64,000 nt of DNA from Vulcanimicrobiota bacterium (GCA_963805945.1 CAWDVP010000002.1:576001-640000), one strand, 5' to 3'; counted from the stretch's first letter, positions 19,680-29,692 are shown. Program-made: numbers and translations. The notes: a model not told the origin generated them from the letters alone.

Positions 19680-20018
19680 ATGGCGGAACAGATTTGGGAG
19701 CGTCTCGACCCGCTCGTCGCGCGCTGGAAGAAGTTCACCGGGCCCGATGCCGCCGAACGGCTCGCCGCGGTGGAACATTCGCTCACCCCGGAACTGCAGC
19801 GCCTGCTCAAGGAGTTCGGCGAGTCGCGCGCCGACGTCGACGCGTACATCGCCGCGCTCGAGACGAAGTACGGCGTGTTCGAGACCGGCGATCTCGGCGC
19901 CGACGCGGCGCCGGAGCCTAAAGACATCAGCCGCCATCAATCGCTGCTCGCGCTGCGCCAAGCGCACGACGACGCGACCGCAGAACTAGAAGATCGAACC
20001 GCGACCGGCGAAGCCTAG
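19680..20018 (+). CDS. hypothetical helical protein at the end of the sugar ABC operon
   Basis: AAGGAG RBS immediately after the permease stop; host-like codon usage. Confidence 0.65.
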   Translation: MAEQIWERLDPLVARWKKFTGPDAAERLAAVEHSLTPELQRLLKEFGESRADVDAYIAALETKYGVFETGDLGADAAPEPKDISRHQSLLALRQAHDDATAELEDRTATGEA

Positions 20019-20080
20019 AGGCGGGGACGGGATTTGCAACTACCCCAAGACGTAGTAGACTAGTCCGAGGTGAAGCTTAG

Positions 20081-20644
20081 ATGGAGATTCTAGCAAATAG
20101 GCAAGCATTGGTGAAGCGGTCGAGGAACCTCTTCATAGCATCGGTCGCACTCCTCGTATTGACTTGTCTCTGGCACCTCCTGCTTCTGTCACTTTACATC
20201 CGAAGCGGACTTAGTAACCAATTCTCAAATGGAATTGGTTTGGGCCTTACCTGGCTGTTTATTGGTATCGTAGCGGTGTTCTTTACGGGCCTTGAAATGG
20301 AGGCGCTGCGGACGGAAGTCTATTCCCGCGAAGAGGCGAGCCGCATGCGCTCGGAACTTCCGAGGTGGTACACGTTTCTTTCATTCAAACGCGACTCAGC
20401 TAGCCTCTACGCCGTAGCACACTCGTCGCTATGGGCCAGGATTGTGACGGCTGCGCTCTTTGTCTATATTCTCGGCTTCTTGATTCTCGGTATCATCAAT
20501 CCCACACTCCGTTCGGGGCTTTATTTCCTAGGGTTTTCGGCGATATATGCTGACATATTTTGGACGTTTGCGCTCTTTTCGTCATTCACGCTCCACTATC
20601 TCGCGGGGGATGAATGGCGTCTGCCGGACAAGGCCGGCGCTTAA
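20081..20644 (+). CDS. hypothetical multi-pass membrane protein (lower GC)
   Basis: About four hydrophobic segments; visibly AT-richer than the flanks. Confidence 0.55.
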   Translation: MEILANRQALVKRSRNLFIASVALLVLTCLWHLLLLSLYIRSGLSNQFSNGIGLGLTWLFIGIVAVFFTGLEMEALRTEVYSREEASRMRSELPRWYTFLSFKRDSASLYAVAHSSLWARIVTAALFVYILGFLILGIINPTLRSGLYFLGFSAIYADIFWTFALFSSFTLHYLAGDEWRLPDKAGA

Positions 20645-20684
20645 GCCGGTCGTCCTCGCTGCACTATAGCGGCTCGGTGATCTC

Positions 20685-21413
20685 TTGATCCCCAGCGCTG
20701 ATTCGACCACAGATGCCCTCTCGGCGCGGGTGTTGAGAGAGGGCTTTGCAATAGTTCCAGGTGTCTTACGCACGGACGAGGTCGAGGCTCTCCGAAATGC
20801 CTGCAATTCGCCCGGAGGTGGTCACGAGTTGCGCCGAAACAGTCAGGTGTTTGGAGTACGCAACTTCATTGATGTTCCAGCGATTCGCAGCCTCTGCCAA
20901 GATCGTCGGGTCAAGTCGCTCGCGGGCGCTGTCATCGGCTATCCGTGCAACGCAGTGCGAGCAACGCTCTTTGACAAGACGGATGCCGCCAATTGGAAAG
21001 TTCCGTTCCATCAAGATCTGACGATTGCCGTCCGAGAGCGGCACGACGTCCTCGGCTTTGGACCGTGGTCGCGAAAGGCCGGTGTTATTCACGTTCAACC
21101 AGCCGCCACCATCATGGAGAGCATGATTTCCATCAGACTGCATCTCGATGACAGCGATATGACAAATGGTCCCTTGCGCGTCGTGCCTGGTTCCCATCGA
21201 TTCGGGCGGTTAGGAGCGGCTGACGTTCAGCGATTGAGAGCCACCCTGATCGAAGCGATCTGTGAGGCAAAAGCGGGCGACGCGTTGGTCATGCGCCCTC
21301 TTCTGCTTCATGCTTCCACCGCTTCCCAGCGTCCGGACCACCGCCGCGTCATTCACATCGACTATTCGAGCGCTAGACTGCCCGGAGGGCTCGAATGGCG
21401 TGATGCTATTTGA
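20685..21413 (+). CDS. PhyH-family 2OG/Fe(II) dioxygenase
   Basis: WKVPFHQD, RLHLDD..NGPLRVVPGSH, LLLHAS..RRVIH. Confidence 0.88.
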   Translation: MIPSADSTTDALSARVLREGFAIVPGVLRTDEVEALRNACNSPGGGHELRRNSQVFGVRNFIDVPAIRSLCQDRRVKSLAGAVIGYPCNAVRATLFDKTDAANWKVPFHQDLTIAVRERHDVLGFGPWSRKAGVIHVQPAATIMESMISIRLHLDDSDMTNGPLRVVPGSHRFGRLGAADVQRLRATLIEAICEAKAGDALVMRPLLLHASTASQRPDHRRVIHIDYSSARLPGGLEWRDAI

Positions 21414-21420
21414 ACCAGAG

Positions 21421-21479
21421 CAGTCGAATAGATTCGACCGCTCAATAAGACAAGGGCCGATCTAAAGATCGGCCCCCAC
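21421..21479 (-). repeat. tandem REP doublet (family B 21421-21444 plus family A 21454-21479)
   Basis: Minus strand GTGG-GGGCCGATCT-TT-AGATCGGCCC and TGAG-CGGTCGAAT-CT-ATTCGACTG. Confidence 0.8.
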
Positions 21480-21486
21480 ATAGGTC

Positions 21487-22197
21487 TTAGATGTGCCAGA
21501 TCGCGTCAGGGATCGTCACGTTGACCTGCACGTCCGTATACTTCAGATCTTTGGCGACCGTGCCGTCGGGCATGTACTGAGTCAATTCGATCGGCAGACC
21601 GTTTGTGCCCAGCACCATGGCTTCTCTATTGACGCCGTTGTCCTGATCGGGGTCAGCGACCAGCCCGGTGATCGTCGTCTTGTCTCCCTCGGTGACGGCG
21701 TCCCACTGCTTCCACTTCACCGACTTGAGCCGTGCGAGTTGCGCGCCGAAGTCCGCGTCCGCGATGGTCGAGCCGCGCAGCGAGGTCGCGATCTTGTTGT
21801 GGATGTCGAGATTGAGCTTGATCATCGACAAGAAGCCGCCCTGATGGCCCACGACGCGGTCGCCCCCCTGCCACACCGCGGCGCTTCCCTTGCCGTCGCC
21901 GCCGACGATGTCGAGCCGCGTCGAGCTCGGTTTTTGGAACCACAGCGCGTATACGCGATCCTGCACTTTGTTGCCGAGCTGTTCGTGGGCCTGGACGCTC
22001 GCCGAGTAGCTCTTCACCGCATCCCAGGCGACCTGGAAGCGGGCGAGCGCGAGCGCCGCCGCGCCCGCCGGAGGCACGCCGTTGGGCGTCGAGGTCGGCG
22101 CAGGGCCCATGACTGGAGCGGGCGGCGCGCCCGTCGGCGGGCTGGCGCCCAGCGTCAATAGCGCGGCGACGGCGAGCCCTGCGACTGAGAACCTCAT
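21487..22197 (-). CDS. secreted LolA-like / outer-membrane lipoprotein-sorting fold protein
   Basis: Signal peptide, Pro-rich linker, VKSYSA..WFQKP..RLD, YTDVQVNVTIPD. Confidence 0.6.
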   Translation of the reverse strand: MRFSVAGLAVAALLTLGASPPTGAPPAPVMGPAPTSTPNGVPPAGAAALALARFQVAWDAVKSYSASVQAHEQLGNKVQDRVYALWFQKPSSTRLDIVGGDGKGSAAVWQGGDRVVGHQGGFLSMIKLNLDIHNKIATSLRGSTIADADFGAQLARLKSVKWKQWDAVTEGDKTTITGLVADPDQDNGVNREAMVLGTNGLPIELTQYMPDGTVAKDLKYTDVQVNVTIPDAIWHI

Positions 22198-22817
22198 CGT
22201 GCTGTCTTCCCTCTTTCGGCGGCCATCTCGGTGGCGGTGAGCTGCAACATGCTTTTGGTGTTCAGGCTGGACACCCCGACGAGCACGTCGGTGCTCGAGC
22301 GCGTCATGATGAAATCGATGGCCTTGGCGAGCGGCGCGCCGGCATAGCCGTGCTCTCGATACGCTCCCATAACGATGAGGCTGACGTTTTCCTCACTCGC
22401 GGCGCGCATGATGGCCGTGCTGAGGAGGCGGTCGCGGATGGTGCGCTGCTCGATCTCGATGCCTTCCTTCCGGCCGATCGCCTCCGCGGTGCTCAGCGCG
22501 TCGAGCGCGGCCCGTTCTTGCTCCGGCAATTCGGCTTCGATCGGCAGCGTGTAGGGCACTTCGATCACGTAGATCGCGACCAGCTTGGCGAGCTGTCGCT
22601 TGGCCATACGGGCGGCAAGCGCCATGAGCACGAGCGAGTTGATGTCGGCCGAGAACACGACGAGCACGTTGCCGGCCATCGTGCTCGCGTGGGTCGAGGC
22701 GCTCTGGGCGATCTTCGCGGAACGGCTCAGCTGCGGATGCAGCATCCAGTACAGCGTCGAGCTCACCGCGCCGAGCACGCAGAACGCGATGATGATGCCG
22801 ACCGGGTGCAGCGTCAT
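22194..22817 (-). CDS. membrane-anchored universal stress (USP) domain protein
   Basis: N-terminal TM; LVAIYVIEVPYTLP, AIMRAA..SLIVMG. Confidence 0.7.
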   Translation of the reverse strand: MTLHPVGIIIAFCVLGAVSSTLYWMLHPQLSRSAKIAQSASTHASTMAGNVLVVFSADINSLVLMALAARMAKRQLAKLVAIYVIEVPYTLPIEAELPEQERAALDALSTAEAIGRKEGIEIEQRTIRDRLLSTAIMRAASEENVSLIVMGAYREHGYAGAPLAKAIDFIMTRSSTDVLVGVSSLNTKSMLQLTATEMAAERGKTAR

Positions 22818-23029
22818 CGGCTCGGCCGTGCCGGCACGCGGGCGCCGCGCAGGTAGATCATGCCGCGCCACAGCCCCGCCAGCACGAGGATCCCCGCGAT
22901 GAGCAGCGCCGTCACCATCGCCGGCGAGACGGGCACGCTCAGCGCGATGCGCACGAGCGCGACGGCGCCCAGTGCGGCGATCGCAAACGACGTGAATATC
23001 TTATAACGCAGACGTTGCAGCGATATCAT
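22814..23029 (-). CDS. small 2-TM membrane protein
   Basis: Two hydrophobic helices; ATGA overlap with the USP gene. Confidence 0.55.
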   Translation of the reverse strand: MISLQRLRYKIFTSFAIAALGAVALVRIALSVPVSPAMVTALLIAGILVLAGLWRGMIYLRGARVPARPSR

Positions 23030-23077
23030 CTGATGTCGAAGAGTGCCGTTTCGGGATGGTCCCCGCGCGGTCCTCGG

Positions 23078-24103
23078 CTAGACGCGATCTGCGCCTTTCC
23101 CCTTGCCCTTGACCTTATCGACCGCACCGCCATAGCGGGCATGCGCCGTCTTCTTATCGCCGCTGCGGCCGGCTTCGATGCCGCGTTCCACCATCGCGAG
23201 CGCTTCCGCGTAGCCGCTGCGTTCGGGCGGTGGGAGCGGTGCGGCGGCCGACGGCAGCGCGCTCGACCAGGCTTGCGCGTTACCGCTCGCGCGCGCCGCT
23301 TCGAGCGCGGCGATGAGTGCGGCGGCATCGTCGAAGCGGCGCTTGGGTTCGCTTTCGAGCAGGCGCGAGACGATGCGATCGAGCTCGACCGGCACGCGCG
23401 GGTTTACCGATCGCGGCGGCCGCGGCACTTCGTTGACGTGCGCGATCATGGTCGAGACGAGATCCTCCGAGGATTCGGAGAAGGGCAGCGAACCGGTGAG
23501 CAATTCGTAGAGCAGCACGCCGACCGAATACAGATCGCTCGACCGATCGCCCGTCTTGCCCATGAACCGCTCGGGCGGCAGGTATGCGATGGTGCCGACG
23601 ATCTCGCTGCTCTGCGAGAGATTGCCGACGTCCGACATGCGCCGCGCCAAGCCGAAGTCGGTCATCTTGACGACCCCGTCGCGGCCAATGATCACGTTGC
23701 CGGGTTTGATGTCGCGGTGGATCACCTCGTTGGCGTGCGCGAAGCGCAGCGCGTTGAGCACCTGCACGATGAGCTCGACGGCGCGATCGATCGTGTACGT
23801 GCGGCGCTCCAGCTCGCGGATGGTGGTGCCGGGCACGTACTCCATGATGATGTAGGACGCGCCGCCGTCCACGCCGACGTCGTACACCGCGACGATGTTG
23901 GGATGGTTGAGCCGCGCCATCGCCTGCGCCTCGGCGAGGAAGCGGCGGTTGGCCTCGACGGCCTGTTCGGCGAGCACCTTGACGGCGACGTCACGCTCGA
24001 GCACGTGGTCGTAGCCGCGATACACCTCGCCCATGCCGCCCGAGCCGATGAGCTCGATGACGCGGTAGCGTTCCGCGAAGACGGTGCCGGATGGGACGCT
24101 CAT
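23078..24103 (-). CDS. Hanks-type Ser/Thr protein kinase
   Basis: IGSGGMGEVY, VAVK, HRDIKPGN, DFGLA, DLYSVG. Confidence 0.95.
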   Translation of the reverse strand: MSVPSGTVFAERYRVIELIGSGGMGEVYRGYDHVLERDVAVKVLAEQAVEANRRFLAEAQAMARLNHPNIVAVYDVGVDGGASYIIMEYVPGTTIRELERRTYTIDRAVELIVQVLNALRFAHANEVIHRDIKPGNVIIGRDGVVKMTDFGLARRMSDVGNLSQSSEIVGTIAYLPPERFMGKTGDRSSDLYSVGVLLYELLTGSLPFSESSEDLVSTMIAHVNEVPRPPRSVNPRVPVELDRIVSRLLESEPKRRFDDAAALIAALEAARASGNAQAWSSALPSAAAPLPPPERSGYAEALAMVERGIEAGRSGDKKTAHARYGGAVDKVKGKGKGADRV

Positions 24104-24507
24104 GAGCTGGGCGAGAACGCCGCTTTGAAGTGGGTGATCTCGCTGCGCGCCGCGGTCAGCTGGAGGCTGATGACGTCGAAGCGGATGCGCGGGAAGACCT
24201 GGCCGGAGAAGGCGAGATAGGTCTGCGCGGCGCGCCGGATGCGGCCTTGCTTGAGCGCGGTGACCGCCTCGATCGGCGCGCCGCGCGAGAGCGTGCGGCG
24301 CAGCTTGACCTCGACGAACACCAGCGTGCCGCCGTCGAGCGCGATGAGGTCGATCTCGCCGCCGCGGCAGCGGAAATTATGCTCGAGCACGTGATAGCCG
24401 CGCGCGCGCAGAAACGCGGCGGCGGCGCGCTCGCCGGCGTTGCCGGCCTCGGTGGTGCTCGCGGCGTTGGCGCCTCCGGCCGCGCTGCGGATGGCGGCGC
24501 GCTTCAC
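24100..24507 (-). CDS. yraN: YraN family endonuclease
   Basis: GERAAAAFL..GY..HNFRCRGGEIDLIA..FVEVK, RFDVI. Confidence 0.9.
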   Translation of the reverse strand: MKRAAIRSAAGGANAASTTEAGNAGERAAAAFLRARGYHVLEHNFRCRGGEIDLIALDGGTLVFVEVKLRRTLSRGAPIEAVTALKQGRIRRAAQTYLAFSGQVFPRIRFDVISLQLTAARSEITHFKAAFSPSS

Positions 24508-25160
24508 GCCGTTTCGCCCTGCGTGAACGTGAGCCGCGGCGCGACCACCGGCATGAACGATCGCCGGTGGATGGCGCATGGACCCAGGCGGTCGAGCGCG
24601 GCGAAGTGCGCCGCGGTGCTGTAGCCTTTGTGCTCCGCGAAGCCGTAGCCCGGATAGCGCGCATCCATCTCGGTCATATACGCGTCGCGCGCGACCTTGG
24701 CGATGATGCTCGACGCGGCGATGACCGCCGACTTGCGGTCGCCGCCCACGATCGGCTGCTGCGGATACGGACAGCCGGGGATGGAGAGCGCGTCGACGAG
24801 CACGCGGCAGGGGGCTTGCGACAGCCCGGCGATGGCGCGGCTCATCGCGAGCTTGGTGCCCGCGAGGATGTTGATACGGTCGATCTCTTCGGCATCCACC
24901 CAACCCAGCGACACGCACACCGCTGCCGCCCGGATCTCGACGTCGAGCTGCGCCCGGCGCAGTTCGGTGACCTGTTTTGAGTCGTTGAGGAAGCGCAGCC
25001 GCAGCGGCCGCTCGATGACGACGGCGCACGCCACGACCGGACCCGCCAAGGGGCCGCGTCCGACCTCGTCGATGCCGCAGAGATAGCGCGCGCCCGCTTC
25101 CCATGCGGCGCGTTCGAAGGTGTGCAATCGCCGCAGCCGCTGGCGCTCTTTGCCGATCAC
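24504..25160 (-). CDS. rnhB: ribonuclease HII
   Basis: GIDEVGRGPLAGPV, NDSK, IAASSIIAKVARD, HKGY, HRRSF. Confidence 0.95.
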   Translation of the reverse strand: MIGKERQRLRRLHTFERAAWEAGARYLCGIDEVGRGPLAGPVVACAVVIERPLRLRFLNDSKQVTELRRAQLDVEIRAAAVCVSLGWVDAEEIDRINILAGTKLAMSRAIAGLSQAPCRVLVDALSIPGCPYPQQPIVGGDRKSAVIAASSIIAKVARDAYMTEMDARYPGYGFAEHKGYSTAAHFAALDRLGPCAIHRRSFMPVVAPRLTFTQGETA

Positions 25161-25969
25161 GCGTCGTCTCCGGGTGGTTCGGGCAGTTCGAAGGTGACTC
25201 GTCCGAGCGTTCCGCTGCGGAACTGCGAGAGCAATCTGCGAGCGGCGCCGGCGCGGTCGACTTCGCCGCCCTTGCGCAGCATCCCGTGCGCGCGCGCGAA
25301 ACCTTCCACGTCGTAGCGCGCGGCGAGCTCCGGCTGGTGGACGCGCAGCCACGCGCCCATGCGTTCGACCACATCTTCGGCGTCGTACGCGGTCTCAGGC
25401 AGGCAGCCGCACGCGGCGAGCTGCCACGCGGCGTCGCGCGACACGATCTTCGGCGGCAGCACGCCCGGCGTGTCGAGCAGCTTCACGTCAGAGGAGAGCG
25501 CAAGCCAGCGCACGTGCCGCGTGACGCCCGCGCGATCTTCCGTGACCGTCTTCTTGCGCCGGCTCAAGCCGTTGATGACGGACGACTTACCGGTGTTGGG
25601 TGCGCCGATGACCGCGACGTGCAGCGCGGCGCGCCGGCGGGGCAGCTTGAGCAGCGTGTCGCGCACCGTTCGCAGCGTTGCGGCGTGCGTGCCGATGGTC
25701 GCAAACGCGTGCCTGCCGGGCGGCAGCGCCCGCAGCCAGCGCGTCGTGGCAGCCGGATCGGCGAGGTCCTCACGATTGAGCAGCGTGATGCATGCCTTGG
25801 TGCGCAGGCGCGGATGGAGGCCCGCGACGTCGGTCGACAGCGGCAGCCGGGCGTCGCGCACCTCCAGCACGACATCGATGAGGCTCGCAAGCTCTTCGAG
25901 CGCGCGCTTGCCCGCCGCCATATGGCCGGGAAACCAGCTGACGGCGGCCTTTTCGGCGGTGGGGGACAC
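25157..25969 (-). CDS. ylqF: ribosome biogenesis GTPase YlqF/RbgA
   Basis: WFPGHM, EVRDARLP, GAPNTGKSS, GVTR, LLDTPG. Confidence 0.92.
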   Translation of the reverse strand: MSPTAEKAAVSWFPGHMAAGKRALEELASLIDVVLEVRDARLPLSTDVAGLHPRLRTKACITLLNREDLADPAATTRWLRALPPGRHAFATIGTHAATLRTVRDTLLKLPRRRAALHVAVIGAPNTGKSSVINGLSRRKKTVTEDRAGVTRHVRWLALSSDVKLLDTPGVLPPKIVSRDAAWQLAACGCLPETAYDAEDVVERMGAWLRVHQPELAARYDVEGFARAHGMLRKGGEVDRAGAARRLLSQFRSGTLGRVTFELPEPPGDDA

Positions 25970-25987
25970 TGCAGGACGGGTCTTGAT

Positions 25988-26011
25988 GGAGCGGTCGGAT
26001 TTATTCGACCG
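25988..26011 (+). repeat. REP palindrome, family B
   Basis: GGAG-CGGTCGGAT-TT-ATTCGACCG. Confidence 0.8.
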
Positions 26012-26039
26012 ACTCGGCCGGCTCGACCGCCGCGGCCCC

Positions 26040-26639
26040 TTAGCGGATCGGGCCGGCACGATTGAGCGGCCAGACCACAAAGGCGGCGCGTCCGATGACC
26101 GACGTCCGCGGCACCGGACCGAAGGCGCGCGAATCGTCCGAGGCGCCGCGATTATCGCCGAGCACGAACAGTGAGTCGGCGGGCACGACCTGCGCGCGCA
26201 TGCTCGCGCCGTCGCGCAGCGACACATACGGCTCGGCGAGCCGCCTGCCGTTCACCATGACGGCGCCGCGCACGATCGCGACCGAGTCGCCCGAGACGCC
26301 GATCACCCGTTTGACGTAGACCTGCCCCGCATCGCCACCCGCGGCGTGTTGGAACGCGACGACGTCGCCGCGGTTGATCGGACGCAGCTGAAGATCGAAG
26401 ACCGGGCGCACGCCGCCTGCATGCACGCCATAGGCGAGCGTGTTGATGAGCACGTGCTCGTCGGCACGCAGCAGCGGCTCCATGGAATGGCCGCTCACCT
26501 GCGGCATGCGGATGAAGAAGAGCGATGCAAGGGCGACGAGCGCGGCCGCCTCGACGCACAGCTTGCCGATCCGGATGAGGGTACGCAGGAATTCAGGCGG
26601 CGCGGGGACTTCGATGACGCTGGATGCCGTCGAATTCAT
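26040..26639 (-). CDS. lepB: signal peptidase I (paralog 2)
   Basis: VSGHSMEP, YVKRVIG, GDNR..SDDSR. Confidence 0.9.
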   Translation of the reverse strand: MNSTASSVIEVPAPPEFLRTLIRIGKLCVEAAALVALASLFFIRMPQVSGHSMEPLLRADEHVLINTLAYGVHAGGVRPVFDLQLRPINRGDVVAFQHAAGGDAGQVYVKRVIGVSGDSVAIVRGAVMVNGRRLAEPYVSLRDGASMRAQVVPADSLFVLGDNRGASDDSRAFGPVPRTSVIGRAAFVVWPLNRAGPIR

Positions 26640-26648
26640 CGTCCGCGT

Positions 26649-26672
26649 CGGTCGAATGAATTCGACCGCTCC
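26649..26672 (-). repeat. REP palindrome, family B
   Basis: Minus strand GGAG-CGGTCGAAT-TC-ATTCGACCG. Confidence 0.8.
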
Positions 26673-26789
26673 ATACGCCGTGACCGTGAAACCGGCTGTC
26701 GCACGGACTTACGTGTTCCGCTTGCACGCGCGCACGCCCTCCGTCGGACGCGGAGGTCGGGTCACCCGCGCTGCGCGAACATCAAGCGG

Positions 26790-28016
26790 ATGCCCGAGGG
26801 ACACCCGACGCGCAGCATCTTCGCTGAGCGCAGTTACACGTTGTACTACTCAGGCCAATTCTTGAGCTATCTCGGATTTGGCCTGGGCGCGCTCGCCATC
26901 CCGCTGCTCGTCTTCCATCTCACCGGCTCCGCGCTCTCGCTCGGGGTCACCTACGCGCTGGAGTTCCTCCCGTTCGCGCTGTTCGGGCTCGTCGGTGGCT
27001 CGCTCGCAGATCGCCTCGATCGCCGGCGGCTCATGATCGCCTGCGACTTCGTGCGCTTCGCGATCTTCACGCTGTTCGCCGTGCTGTACTGGCGGCACGC
27101 GCTCACGCTGCCGATCCTCTACACTGGTATCGCGATCTCCGCCGCCTCGGCCGCGATCTTCCTCGGCGGACAATCGACGGCCATCCCGTTCCTGGTGGGC
27201 AAGGAGCGCTCGGCGAAGGCGGTCGCGTCGCTCATCGCGGCCGAACAGACCACCAACCTCATCGCACCGCCGATCGGCGGCATCCTCTTCACCCTCGGCG
27301 GGCCGTTGCCGGCGCTGATCGCCAATGCCTTCACCTATCTGGCATCGCAGCTCTCGCTCACGCTGGTGTCGAGCATGGGCCCGGAAGAACCTGGCCCGCT
27401 GCCGAGCCTCACGGAGCTCTGGTCCGACATCGCAGAAGGTTTCCGCTTCCTGTGGGCCGATCGCGTCATGACCGTCGTCGCATACTGCAGCCTCGGGCTC
27501 AACCTCTTCGGCATGATGGCGATGACCGTGATGATCCCGTACATGAAGCTGCGCTATGGCGCGACCGACGCCCACGTCGGCCTCGCTTTCGGCCTGATCG
27601 CGCTCGGTTCTATCGCCGGGTCACTGCTGGCCGGGGCGACCGCGCGCAAGTGGCCGTTCGGGCCGGCGCTGCTCATCGCGTACGCGATCGACGGGCTCAT
27701 CTTCGTGCCGGTCATCTTCGCGCATAACCTATGGGTGATGGTGCTCTTCGCGGCGCTGGCGTCGGGCGGCGGCACGTTTGAAGTCACGCAGATCATCAGC
27801 TGGCGCATGCGCATCGTGCCGCAGGAGAAGATCGGCCGCGTCTTCGCCGCGGTGCGGCTGGTCGCCCTCATCGGCGTCGTGCCGGGCACGCTCATCGGCG
27901 GCTACCTCGCCGACGCGCACGGCCCGCTGCTGTCGATCATCGTGTCCACCTTCGGCTACTTGATCATCGCGCTCGCCGCCGCCGCCGTGCCCGCGCTGCG
28001 CCACGATCGGCGCTGA
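26790..28016 (+). CDS. MFS transporter
   Basis: GSLADRLDRRR motif A; about 12 TM helices. Confidence 0.9.
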   Translation: MPEGHPTRSIFAERSYTLYYSGQFLSYLGFGLGALAIPLLVFHLTGSALSLGVTYALEFLPFALFGLVGGSLADRLDRRRLMIACDFVRFAIFTLFAVLYWRHALTLPILYTGIAISAASAAIFLGGQSTAIPFLVGKERSAKAVASLIAAEQTTNLIAPPIGGILFTLGGPLPALIANAFTYLASQLSLTLVSSMGPEEPGPLPSLTELWSDIAEGFRFLWADRVMTVVAYCSLGLNLFGMMAMTVMIPYMKLRYGATDAHVGLAFGLIALGSIAGSLLAGATARKWPFGPALLIAYAIDGLIFVPVIFAHNLWVMVLFAALASGGGTFEVTQIISWRMRIVPQEKIGRVFAAVRLVALIGVVPGTLIGGYLADAHGPLLSIIVSTFGYLIIALAAAAVPALRHDRR

Positions 28017-28057
28017 AGCAAGGCATGGGCGGTTCGAAGCAACAACCATGTAGACCG

Positions 28058-29692
28058 ATGAGATCACAGCTCGTGGCCTGCGCCGCGCTCGCGTGCGTCG
28101 CGATCGTCGGATGCAGCCGCGTCTCGGAGAACGCGCAGCTCGCGCGTTCCACCACGATCCCCGGCACGCTGCGCTACTCGGTGAACGGCGTCGGCAGTCT
28201 GAACCCGCTCACGCAGACGAACACGAACGAAGTCCTCCTCGACATGTTCATCTACGGCTGGTTCTTCTACGTCGACGACAAGGGCCGCTTCGTTCCCGAC
28301 CTGGCGACCGAAGTGCCGAGCTATGCGAACGGCGGCATCAGCCGCGACGGCCGCACGCTGACGTACCACCTACGCCGCGGCGTGCGCTGGCAAGACGGCG
28401 CGCCGTTCACCTCGCACGACGCCGCTTTCACCGTGAGCGCGATCATGAATCCGCGCAACAACATCTTCTCGCGCACCGGTTGGGATGATATCGCCTCGAC
28501 GGAGACGCCCGACGCCTACACCGTGCGCTTCCATCTCAAACAACCCTACGCGCCGGCGCTCGCGACGTTCTTCGTGCCGTACCAGCACAGCGGCTATCCG
28601 ATGCTGCCGGCGCATCTGCTCGAGCGTTATCCGGATCTCAATGAGGTGTCGTTCAACGGCGCGCCGATCGGCACGGGTCCGTTCAAGGTCACGAAATGGG
28701 TGCGCGGTGACCGCATCGAGCTCGAGGCCAACCCGCTATACTGGCGCGGCCCGCCGAAGCTCACCCGCATCGTGGTGAAGATCATCCCGGACGACAACAC
28801 CGCGCTCACGCAGTTCAAGACGCACGAAATAGACGCGATCTTCGCAGCGCCTTTAGGGCAGTACCCGCAGCTCGCCGCGCTGCCGGACGCGAAGGTGCTG
28901 CTCGTGCCCTCGTCCGCGTTCGACATGCTGGTCATGAACACGCGCCGTCCGCCGCTCGACGACCTACGCGTGCGCCGCGCGATCGCGGAGGCGATCGACA
29001 AGCGACGCATCATCGACAATATCACGCACGGTGTGGGCACGCCGGCGGATTCCGATATCGTGGGCGTGTCCTGGGCGCATGCCGCCGGCCTGCCGAGCTA
29101 TGCGTACGATCCGACCGCCGCGGCGGCGCTACTCGGCCAAGCCGGCTGGCTGCCGGGGCCGGACGGCATCCGCGTGAAGAGCGGCAAGCGGCTCACGCTC
29201 AACCTCACCACCATCGCGAAAGATGCGACGAGGGTGGGGACCGTTCTCATGATCCAGGATCAGCTGCGCGCCGTCGGCATCGCTGCGGAGGTCAAGAACT
29301 ATCCGGCGGAATTGGTGTACGGCACCGCGGCCGACGGCGGCGTGCTCATGGGCGGCCGCTACGATCTCGGCGAGATCGGCCAGAACACCGGCATCGACCC
29401 GGACGACTCGACGCTGTTCATGTGCGACCAGATCCCGCCTGCCGGTGTCAACGAATCGTTCTGGTGCGATGCCGCGTTCGACGCCGCCGAGCGCGCGGCG
29501 CTGACGGACTACGACCAAGCCGCGCGCACGCGCTCGTACGCGGTGACGCAGCGCCGGCTCGTCGAACAGGTGCCGGTGGTCTTCCTCTACTACCAGCGGC
29601 TCATTCTGGTGGTGACGCCGCGGCTGCACGGCCTTGCACCGACCCCCTCGCAGATCTTCAACTGGAACACCTGGGAGTGGTCGATGCAGTGA
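28058..29692 (+). CDS. peptide ABC transporter substrate-binding lipoprotein (family 5)
   Basis: IVGC lipobox, PDLATEVP, WQDGAPFT, PIGTGPF, RVRRAI. Confidence 0.9.
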   Translation: MRSQLVACAALACVAIVGCSRVSENAQLARSTTIPGTLRYSVNGVGSLNPLTQTNTNEVLLDMFIYGWFFYVDDKGRFVPDLATEVPSYANGGISRDGRTLTYHLRRGVRWQDGAPFTSHDAAFTVSAIMNPRNNIFSRTGWDDIASTETPDAYTVRFHLKQPYAPALATFFVPYQHSGYPMLPAHLLERYPDLNEVSFNGAPIGTGPFKVTKWVRGDRIELEANPLYWRGPPKLTRIVVKIIPDDNTALTQFKTHEIDAIFAAPLGQYPQLAALPDAKVLLVPSSAFDMLVMNTRRPPLDDLRVRRAIAEAIDKRRIIDNITHGVGTPADSDIVGVSWAHAAGLPSYAYDPTAAAALLGQAGWLPGPDGIRVKSGKRLTLNLTTIAKDATRVGTVLMIQDQLRAVGIAAEVKNYPAELVYGTAADGGVLMGGRYDLGEIGQNTGIDPDDSTLFMCDQIPPAGVNESFWCDAAFDAAERAALTDYDQAARTRSYAVTQRRLVEQVPVVFLYYQRLILVVTPRLHGLAPTPSQIFNWNTWEWSMQ

